Shown one piece after another: positions 56,848 through 64,000 of a DNA stretch of 64,000 nt. Within the stretch, counting starts at the first letter, position 1. Each line of letters begins with the position of its first letter. A model generated the notes under the pieces. That model had not been told where the DNA came from and made no database searches. It saw only the letters and a list, made by a program, of their open reading frames with translations. Location: the NCBI GenBank assembly GCA_041613315.1, contig JBFJHJ010000009.1, positions 1 through 64,000 on the forward strand. Direction: 5' to 3'. This DNA comes from Gemmatimonadales bacterium (GTDB lineage: Bacteria; Gemmatimonadota; Gemmatimonadetes; Gemmatimonadales; GWC2-71-9). Made by a program: the position numbers and the translations under genes.

Positions 56848-59781
56848 ATGCCACGTTTGCTCACGACTGCCTGGGTGGTACTCCTGCTGGCGGCCCCTGC
56901 CATCCGCGCCGCGGCCCAGAGCTTCCCCCCGCCGCTCACCGACGCCGAGATCCGAGAGGTCACGAGCGCCATCGAGGCGATGAAGGCCGACGCCCGGGGG
57001 CCCTACCTCCGGATCCGGTGGTTCTGCAATGACGGGAGCGTCGAGCCCCCCCAGGGCACCCCCTGCCGCGAGCGGGGTGGTGGCGTGCAGTACGCCGAGT
57101 TCAACGAGCGGGCCCGGCGTCTGGCCGAGCTCAATTTCCACGTGGGGACGATTCTCCAGGCCGTCACGTTCGAGGACCTCTTCGACTCGGCGCAGGCCCA
57201 CTATCGCCTGCGCGAGCTCATAGTCGCGAAGTACCTGTTCGACGTGGACGACGGCTGGGCGCTCCGCCAGGCACAATTCTATCGCGGCGCCCGGCAGATC
57301 GAAGACGAAGAGCGGACGGGGCACGCGCTGCTGGAAGGGCTGCTCGGGCGGCCCGAGTGGACCGCCGCGCACTATCTGTTGGCCGTCCGGCTCGTGGCCA
57401 CGATCCCGCACGTGACACTGGGCGGTGACCAGCTCACGTACCGTATTCGGAATCTGGCGACGGAAGCCGCCGAGCTCGACCAGAGCTTCCTGCCAGTGCG
57501 GGTCAAGATCCACTCGTTCCCCTCGCGCGAGGACCTCGAGGCGGTCGAGCGGCATCTCGCCTCCGTGACGGCGCCGGCGGTGCGCGCGAAGCTCACCGAG
57601 TTGCGCGACGAGCTCCGCCGGCAGTACGACCCGCGGCGCAATCTCGAGAGCCTGGCCCAGTACCGGCGGCGGCTGCGGGGTACGCTGGGAGACGAACTGG
57701 CGGCGCTCGAGCGGAGCTTCGCGCAGGGGGACCAGCGGGGTGCGTTCGCGCAGATCGCCGGGCTGGCGCCGAAGATCCGCCAGCTCGTGACCACGGGCCG
57801 CGACGGCCGCGTCAACCTCGTGCTGATGGATCTGGGCCTTGCGCTGCAGGAGCAAGCGTTCCTGCTCGCGCAGGACCTCGTGCGCGAGCCGGGGCCGACG
57901 AGTCGCAGCGAACGCCTGCGGCGGCTCTCGGACTACCTCGCCATCGCCCACGGCGCCGGGTTCCTGTCGGCCCGCGAACGTGACGCGCTGGACCGCGAAA
58001 TCGCGCGGCTGCGGACGGAGGTGCCGCCAACGGCCCTCGAGTACAAGACCGCGCTCGGCTACCTCGGCCGGAGTCTCGACTGGTCGGCGGGGACGGTTCG
58101 GAGCTACTTCGGGCCGGTGATCCAGCGCTACCTGCCGGTGGCGCCCAAGGTCGTGGGATTCCCCGACGCCGTCATGCGCGGCTCGGTGCTGCTGCCCCTC
58201 TCCCAGGCGCTCGACGTCCTGGATACCGACGCCGATCGCGTGCTGGGTGCTTCCCACGAGATCTTCGGGCAGCGGGTCAGCCAGGGGGTCCGTGGACTCA
58301 ACCCTGGAGTCGTCCGCCGCCCGCTGGAGATCCTGGAGCCCGAGCGTGCGCACGCGGCGGTCGAGCCCACGAAAATCTACGTGGTGCCGGCAACGACGCC
58401 CGAGCTCAAACCCGTGGCCGGCGTGCTGACGCTCGATGCCGGCAACCTCCTGTCCCACGTGCAGCTGCTCGCCCGCAACCTCGGCATCCCAAATGCGTCC
58501 GTGTCGTCGTCGCTGCTGCCGGTCCTGCGCTCGGCCCGCGGCACCGAGGTGTTCTACGCCGTCTCGCCACTCGGCCGCGTTTTCCTCAAGCGGCCGGGGG
58601 AGATGACGCCGGAGGACGAAGGGTTGCTCGACGGCGGGCGCGACGTCAAGATCGAGAAGATCCGTCTCGACACCTCGCGGCTCCGGCTTGATCGGACGGC
58701 GCCGCTCCCGCTGTCGGAGCTTCGGGCGGACCTGTCCGGCGTGTACGTCGGGCCGAAGGCGGCGAATCTCGGGCAGCTCGCGGCGTACTTCCCGAGCCGC
58801 GTCTCGCGTGGCGTCGCGCTGCCCTTCGGGATGTTCGTCCGCCACGCGAACCGCCCCTTCGGGTCGGACCGGCCGATGCTCGAGGATTTGGAAGCGGCGT
58901 ACCGCCACGCGGCGGCGATGCGGGCGGCCGGGATGTCCGAGGAGGAGATCGATCGGTACATGTTCCGGGAGCTGGCCCGCGTGCGGAAGGCGATCCTCGA
59001 CCTGCCCTGGCTGCCCGACGTCCGTGACGCGGTCGTCGATGCGGTACGCGTGACGTTCGGTGGCGATCTCTCGGGCGGTGTGTTTGTGCGCAGCGACACC
59101 AATGTCGAGGACCTGCCGCAGTTTTCCGGCGCGGGGCTCAACCTCACCGTCCCCCACCAACGAACGCTCGAAGACGTGCTGGCGTCCATCAAGCGCGTGT
59201 GGACCTCGCCGTTCAGCGAGCGGGCGTATCTGTGGCGCAAGCAGATTCTGGAGGAACAGGGGCGGATCTACCCGTCGGTGCTCCTGCTCGAGAGCGTCCC
59301 GTCGGAGAAGTCGGGCGTGATGATCACGTCGGGCCTCCAGTTCGGCGATTCGGACGATCTGACGATCGCCACCGCCGAAGGCGTGGGTGGCGCGGTGGAA
59401 GGCGAGGAGGCCGAGATGATCGTCGTCGACTCGGCGGGCACGGTGACGCTGCTGTCCCAGGCCAAGGCGCCGGTGCGGCGGGTGCTCGTGGACCGTGGGG
59501 TGGCGACGGTGGTGGGGCGGCTGCCGGACGTCCTGCTGCGCCAGGCGGACATCGCCACGCTGCGGGCGGTGGCGGCCGAATGGCAGGCGCGCTTCGCCCC
59601 GGGCGATGCGTCGCAAGTGTGGGACATCGAATTCGGGTTCGTCGGGGACACGCTATGGCTATTCCAGATTCGACCGTTCGTGCGGTTCCGGAGCAGCGCC
59701 CTCCTGACGCGGTTGCAGGTGCTGGATCGCGACGTCCTGGAGCGAGCGGACCGACGGGTCGCGCTGGTGGAGCGGATCTGA
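56848..59781 (+). CDS. Exported PEP-utilising dikinase-family protein (phospho-His domain + C-terminal PPDK-type ATP-grasp)
   Basis: Signal peptide MPRLLTTAWVVLLLAAPAIRAAA|Q; LLSHVQLLARN; GPKAANL; VRSDTNVEDLPQFSGAGL; WDIEF; FQIRP. Confidence 0.85.
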   Translation: MPRLLTTAWVVLLLAAPAIRAAAQSFPPPLTDAEIREVTSAIEAMKADARGPYLRIRWFCNDGSVEPPQGTPCRERGGGVQYAEFNERARRLAELNFHVGTILQAVTFEDLFDSAQAHYRLRELIVAKYLFDVDDGWALRQAQFYRGARQIEDEERTGHALLEGLLGRPEWTAAHYLLAVRLVATIPHVTLGGDQLTYRIRNLATEAAELDQSFLPVRVKIHSFPSREDLEAVERHLASVTAPAVRAKLTELRDELRRQYDPRRNLESLAQYRRRLRGTLGDELAALERSFAQGDQRGAFAQIAGLAPKIRQLVTTGRDGRVNLVLMDLGLALQEQAFLLAQDLVREPGPTSRSERLRRLSDYLAIAHGAGFLSARERDALDREIARLRTEVPPTALEYKTALGYLGRSLDWSAGTVRSYFGPVIQRYLPVAPKVVGFPDAVMRGSVLLPLSQALDVLDTDADRVLGASHEIFGQRVSQGVRGLNPGVVRRPLEILEPERAHAAVEPTKIYVVPATTPELKPVAGVLTLDAGNLLSHVQLLARNLGIPNASVSSSLLPVLRSARGTEVFYAVSPLGRVFLKRPGEMTPEDEGLLDGGRDVKIEKIRLDTSRLRLDRTAPLPLSELRADLSGVYVGPKAANLGQLAAYFPSRVSRGVALPFGMFVRHANRPFGSDRPMLEDLEAAYRHAAAMRAAGMSEEEIDRYMFRELARVRKAILDLPWLPDVRDAVVDAVRVTFGGDLSGGVFVRSDTNVEDLPQFSGAGLNLTVPHQRTLEDVLASIKRVWTSPFSERAYLWRKQILEEQGRIYPSVLLLESVPSEKSGVMITSGLQFGDSDDLTIATAEGVGGAVEGEEAEMIVVDSAGTVTLLSQAKAPVRRVLVDRGVATVVGRLPDVLLRQADIATLRAVAAEWQARFAPGDASQVWDIEFGFVGDTLWLFQIRPFVRFRSSALLTRLQVLDRDVLERADRRVALVERI

Positions 59782-61073
59782 TGATGGCCTCCCGCGGGAC
59801 GCGCTGGCTCGCGTGTGCGCTGCTCGGGCTCGTGGCCGTGGGCGCCGCCCCGTCGGGGCCGTATCCGTTGGACGGGTACGAGCACACCGGCATCCGCCGG
59901 CTCGAAGCGTTCCGTCTCATGCGGGCCGGACAGATCCGGGGATCGCTGCGGCTCCCCCCCGGAGCGTTGCTGCCCTCGGAGGCGATCCGGCTGCGCATGG
60001 CGGGCTTCGATGAGACCTTCGATATTCTGCCGGACACGCCCAAGGACCCGGAGCTCCAGGCGGCGCTGCTCAGCATCGTGGCCGCGCGGGATACCTCCTA
60101 CCGGGTGGCCCTGCTCGACATCACCGACCCGGCACAGCCGCGGTACGCCGCGGTCCGGGAGAGCGAGGGCTACATCCCCGGCAGCGTCGGGAAGCTCTTG
60201 GTGATGACTGGATTGTTCCACGAGTTGGCCAAGCGTTTCCCCTCGGACATCGCCGCACGGGCGCGGTTGCTCCGCGACACGCGGATCGTGGCGGACCGGT
60301 GGGTGCTGCCCAACAGCCATCAGATCCCGGTCGTGAACGAGGACATGACCGCGGTGACCTACCGCGCCGTGCGCGTTGGGGACGAGTTCACCCTGTGGGA
60401 ATGGGTCGACCACATGATCTCGCCCAGCTCCAACGCCGCCGGTTCGCTGGTGTGGAAACAGGTCATGTTGATGGACGCGTTCGGTACCGCCTATCCACCG
60501 TCGGCGGCGGCGGAGGAGGCGTTTTTCCGCGATACGCGGAAGCCGGAGCTGACCGCCCGGTCCCTTCGGGTCCTGGAGGATCCGCTCCTCGCGCTCGGAC
60601 TCGACACGGCGCAGCTCCGTCTAGGCACGTTCTTCACGCGCACGGCGTCCCGCATCGTTCCCGGCCAGGCGAGCTCGTCGACGCCCCGCGAGCTGGTCCG
60701 CTGGCTCTTGAAGCTGGAGCAGGGGAAGGTCGTGGACCGGTGGAGCAGTCTCGAGATGAAGAGGCTCATGTACTTCACGCGGCGCCGGTACCGCTACGCC
60801 TCATCGCCTGCCCTGGCGGACGCCGCCGTATACTTCAAGTCGGGCTCCCTGTACCAATGCCGCCCGGAGCCCGATTATCAATGCGGGCAATACCGGGGCA
60901 ACGCTACGAACCTCATGCACTCGGTGGCGATCGTCGAGTCACCGGCGTCCGGCGACCGCCAGCGCGTGTATCTGATCTCGATGATGTCGAACGTGCTCAA
61001 GGTGAACTCCGCGGCAGAGCACCTGGAGATCGCGACGCAGATCGAACAGCTGCTCCAGCGGCTGCACCCGTGA
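59781..61073 (+). CDS. Exported serine hydrolase, class A beta-lactamase/PBP fold
   Basis: Signal peptide; SVGK, SSN, KSG; start overlaps the dikinase stop. Confidence 0.85.
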   Translation: MMASRGTRWLACALLGLVAVGAAPSGPYPLDGYEHTGIRRLEAFRLMRAGQIRGSLRLPPGALLPSEAIRLRMAGFDETFDILPDTPKDPELQAALLSIVAARDTSYRVALLDITDPAQPRYAAVRESEGYIPGSVGKLLVMTGLFHELAKRFPSDIAARARLLRDTRIVADRWVLPNSHQIPVVNEDMTAVTYRAVRVGDEFTLWEWVDHMISPSSNAAGSLVWKQVMLMDAFGTAYPPSAAAEEAFFRDTRKPELTARSLRVLEDPLLALGLDTAQLRLGTFFTRTASRIVPGQASSSTPRELVRWLLKLEQGKVVDRWSSLEMKRLMYFTRRRYRYASSPALADAAVYFKSGSLYQCRPEPDYQCGQYRGNATNLMHSVAIVESPASGDRQRVYLISMMSNVLKVNSAAEHLEIATQIEQLLQRLHP

Positions 61074-61116
61074 GTGGGCCGGGGCGATCCGTAACCGCGA
61101 CCGTCAGGACCACGGT

Positions 61117-62094
61117 ATGAGAGGAGTAGACCGCCATATGATGCGATCGGTCGGTGGGCTGCTGATACTATCGGCGTGCGCCGGCGGCTTGATCGGGCTC
61201 CCGCCGGCCGGGCAGGTGGCCGCGCAGAGCGCGGCGAGCCCAACCCTCGTGCTCCCCGCGGCGGACCCGGTGTTGCAGGCGGAGCTCAACCGGGTGCTCG
61301 CCGAGCCGCCGTTCCGGAGCCTCATGGCCCGGAAGCGCCTGTCCGTGGCGCTCGTGGACCTGTCGGATTCGGGCGGGATCCGCTACGCGGCGGTGGACGA
61401 CAACCGCATGCGCTACGCCGCGAGCCTGCCGAAGATCGCCATCATGCTGGGCGTCTTCGACCAGATCGACCGGGGAAAACTCGAGTACACGCCGGAGCTG
61501 CGGGCCAAGATGGAGCTGATGATCCGGCGGTCGGACAACTACGTGTCTACGCAGCTCATTCAGCTGGTCGGGTTCCAGGCCATCGCGAACACGCTCCGGG
61601 ACCCGCGCTATCAGCTGTACGACCGGAGCCGCTCCGGCGGTCTGTGGGTTGGCCGCGACTACGGGGGCGGTCCCGGCCTGTGGCGCCGGGATCCGATCCA
61701 CAAGATCTCGCACGGCGCCACGGCCCGGCAGGTCGCGCGCTACTTCGTGATGCTCGATCAGGGGCGGCTGGTCAGTCCGTGGGCGTCGAGCGAGATGAAG
61801 AGCATCATGGCCCACCCCGAGATTCATCATAAGTTCGTGCTCGGGCTCGACAGCCGGCCCCCGTCGAACATCTTCCGCAAGTCGGGGACGTGGAAGAGCT
61901 GGCACGCCGACGCCGCCCTGGTGGAACGGGACGGCAAGCGCTACGTGGCCGTGGCGCTACTGGAAGCACCGGGCTCCGGGGGGGTGCTGTCGCGCCTCAT
62001 CGTGAGGCTCGATGACCTGATCCATGGGCCCTCGCCGGTGCCGATGGCACCGGCGAACGTGCCGACCGAGGAGCAGCAACCGCCGGCACAGTGA
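61117..62094 (+). CDS. Exported serine hydrolase, class A beta-lactamase/PBP fold
   Basis: Signal peptide; SLPK, SDN, KSG. Confidence 0.88.
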   Translation: MRGVDRHMMRSVGGLLILSACAGGLIGLPPAGQVAAQSAASPTLVLPAADPVLQAELNRVLAEPPFRSLMARKRLSVALVDLSDSGGIRYAAVDDNRMRYAASLPKIAIMLGVFDQIDRGKLEYTPELRAKMELMIRRSDNYVSTQLIQLVGFQAIANTLRDPRYQLYDRSRSGGLWVGRDYGGGPGLWRRDPIHKISHGATARQVARYFVMLDQGRLVSPWASSEMKSIMAHPEIHHKFVLGLDSRPPSNIFRKSGTWKSWHADAALVERDGKRYVAVALLEAPGSGGVLSRLIVRLDDLIHGPSPVPMAPANVPTEEQQPPAQ

Positions 62095-62777
62095 CCGAGC
62101 GGCGCGCGCTCCTCGCCGGCGCCACCGGGCTCGTGGGCGGCTACGGCCTCGACGAGCTCCTCGGCTCGAATCGCTACGCCACCATCACGGCCCTCACGAG
62201 ACGCCCGCTCGAGCGACGCCATCACACATTGCGGGAAGTGACGGCCGACTTCGACCGTCTCGACACCCTCGGCGACCGGCTCGCGGCCGACGACGTGTTC
62301 TGCTGCCTCGGCACCACGATCCGACGGGCCGGATCGCCGGACGCCTTCCGCCGGGTCGATTTCGACTATCCGCTCGCGCTGGCCCGGGCCGCTCGCCTCC
62401 ACGGCACCGTCCAGTTCGTGATCGTGTCGTCGCTGGGCGCGGATCCCGACGCGCGCACCTTCTATCTGCGGGTGAAGGGCGAACTCGAGCGCGCCCTGAG
62501 CGAGGTCGGCATGCGCACGCTCGTCGTCGTCCGGCCCTCCCTTCTCCTGGGCTCGCGGCGCGAATCGCGCCCCGCCGAGGCCGTCGGCAAACTCGTGCTG
62601 TCGGCAGTCGCGCCCCTCTTGGTCGGGCGGCTGGCCCGGTATCGGCCGATCCACGCGCGGGATGTCGCGCGGGCGATGGTGCAGCTCGCGGCGCGTGGCC
62701 TCACCGGTCTTCACACGTTCGAGTCCGACGAGCTGCGCGCGCTCGCCCGGCACACGGGGGCGCCCCCGTCGGGCTAG
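62091..62777 (+). CDS. Atypical SDR NAD(P)-binding protein (YraR/TIP30-like)
   Basis: GATGLVG, CCLGTT, VSSLGA, YLRVK, RPSLLLG. Confidence 0.88.
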   Translation: MTERRALLAGATGLVGGYGLDELLGSNRYATITALTRRPLERRHHTLREVTADFDRLDTLGDRLAADDVFCCLGTTIRRAGSPDAFRRVDFDYPLALARAARLHGTVQFVIVSSLGADPDARTFYLRVKGELERALSEVGMRTLVVVRPSLLLGSRRESRPAEAVGKLVLSAVAPLLVGRLARYRPIHARDVARAMVQLAARGLTGLHTFESDELRALARHTGAPPSG

Positions 62778-62896
62778 GGGCCAGCCCGCGCCCTTCAAAC
62801 CCCCCGGGTCCCTGCGGCATCCTAGTAGCGAGAGAATGGAGCGTCTGCGCATTCCGACCCATCGAGCGCCCGCCGGACCGGCCCGCCGCCCCTGAG

Positions 62897-63412
62897 ATGG
62901 AGCCGCTCGTGCGCCGGGCGCAGGTGGGCGATGCGCACGCCTTCGAGGAGCTGTACCGGCGCTCGGCGGGCCGCGTGTACGCGCTGTGCCTCCGGCTGAC
63001 GGGCGACGCGGTGCGCGCCGAAGAGCTGACGCAGGACGTGTTCGTGCGGTGCTGGGAGCGGCTGCGCTCGTTCCGGGGGGACAGCGCCTTCGCCTCCTGG
63101 CTGCATCGGCTGGCCGTCAACGTGGTGTTGATGGCGGCGCGGTCCGAGCGGCGTCGGGAGCGTCGCGTGACGCCGGCGGGTGATCCCGCCGAGCTCGAGG
63201 GTTCTGGGCACGTGACCGATCCGGGGACGCGGCTCGATCTTGAGGCGGCGATCCGCCGGCTGCCGCCCGGGGCGCGCGAGGTGTTCGTGCTCCATGACGT
63301 GGAGGGGTACGGCCATGCGGAAATCGCCGACGTCGCGGGCATCGCGACCGGCACGTCAAAGGCCCAGCTGCATCGTGCGCGGCGCTTGTTGAGGGAGATG
63401 CTCCAGCGATGA
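62897..63412 (+). CDS. ECF RNA polymerase sigma factor
   Basis: AFEELY, AEELTQDVF, FASWLHRLAVN, HDVEGY, GTSKAQLHRAR. Confidence 0.93.
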   Translation: MEPLVRRAQVGDAHAFEELYRRSAGRVYALCLRLTGDAVRAEELTQDVFVRCWERLRSFRGDSAFASWLHRLAVNVVLMAARSERRRERRVTPAGDPAELEGSGHVTDPGTRLDLEAAIRRLPPGAREVFVLHDVEGYGHAEIADVAGIATGTSKAQLHRARRLLREMLQR

Positions 63413-64000
63413 GCCACGGCGAGATCCGTGAACGGCTCGACGACTACGTGGACGGGTGTCTGACTCCCGAGCGGCAGGCGGTCATCGAGGCGCATCTGGC
63501 CGACTGCGAAGACTGCCGTCGGGAAGTGGATTTCCTGCGGCCCCTTCTGGCGGAGGCACGGACGCTGCCGCCGAGCCTCGAGCCGCCGACGGATCTCTGG
63601 GGGTCCATCCAGCAGCGGATCGGGAGGCGCCGCGTCCGCGACCACACCCTGTGGTCGGTTCGTTACCAGTTGGCGGCCGCCGCCATGGCGCTGCTCTTGC
63701 TCGGATCCCTCCTCACGGTGCTGCTCCTGCGACCTGAACCGGTGAAGGTGATCGCCACGGCCCCCGCCGTGGCCGCCGTGCCGGGCTTCCCCGCCGGCTG
63801 GCGCGAGACCGAAGACAGTTACCGGCGCGCCGCGGCCGATCTGGAAGAAGCGCTGGCCGGGGCGAAGCCACGGCTCGCCCCGGCAACCGTGGCGGTGCTG
63901 GAGCGGAACCTCCGCATTATCGACGACGCCATTGCCGAGGCCCGCGCCGCGCTCGCGGCTGACCCGGCGAACCGGGAGGTGCTCGAGATGTTGGCCGACA
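63409..64000 (+). CDS. Zinc-binding (ZAS/zf-HC2) anti-sigma factor, 3'-truncated by window edge
   Basis: Read directly: MSHGEIRERLDDYVDG...AHLADCEDC, then a TM helix; ATGA overlap with the sigma gene; absent from ORF track because it has no stop. Confidence 0.88.
   Translation, partial: MSHGEIRERLDDYVDGCLTPERQAVIEAHLADCEDCRREVDFLRPLLAEARTLPPSLEPPTDLWGSIQQRIGRRRVRDHTLWSVRYQLAAAAMALLLLGSLLTVLLLRPEPVKVIATAPAVAAVPGFPAGWRETEDSYRRAAADLEEALAGAKPRLAPATVAVLERNLRIIDDAIAEARAALAADPANREVLEMLAD

Noticed and set aside
56647..59616. 989-aa antisense ORF, and similar ones at 14845-17061, 21096-23084, 30621-32678 and 33678-35516
   Set aside because: Shadow ORFs opposite well-supported genes; expected at high GC; no motifs.
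49435..64000. Integrative element or prophage at tRNA-Leu
   Set aside because: No integrase and no repeat of the tRNA 3' end seen within the window.

Overview
High-GC bacterial chromosome segment, probably Gemmatimonadota (inferred from gene order and composition, not from a database search). 1-6.2 kb holds a MacAB-like ABC exporter operon and asparaginase II, with short-repeat palindromes in the spacers. 6.3-41.1 kb is a long + strand housekeeping run: obg-dprA-hemW-hrcA-dnaJ-HIT-rpsU-mutS2-dnaG-Zn ribbon-recJ-rsmD-coaD-pta-STAS/RsbW/PP2C-rsmA-rex-arginine deiminase-DnaQ-like-MBL-infC-rpmI-rplT-pheST-zapA-rny-folD-xseAB-ispA-nadK-recN. It contains a perfect Rex operator, a CIRCE-like palindrome, a probable attenuator before infC and a CTG-initiated infC. 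41-64 kb is accessory and envelope-related: a FadL/SGNH-lipase/OM-protein module, an atypical ClC, tRNA-Leu(TAA), a PD40 propeller and an ECF sigma/anti-sigma pair. The best candidate for an undescribed system is at 52.9-62.8 kb. There, a signal-peptide-bearing dikinase with glucan-water-dikinase-like domain order (His domain before ATP-grasp) is co-transcribed with two exported SxxK PBP/beta-lactamase-fold proteins. It is divergent from an NTT/TLC-like transporter-HEAT fusion and a tandem cNMP-binding protein, which suggests an ATP-fuelled periplasmic phosphorylation system. No CRISPR, rRNA, transposase or integrase was seen.
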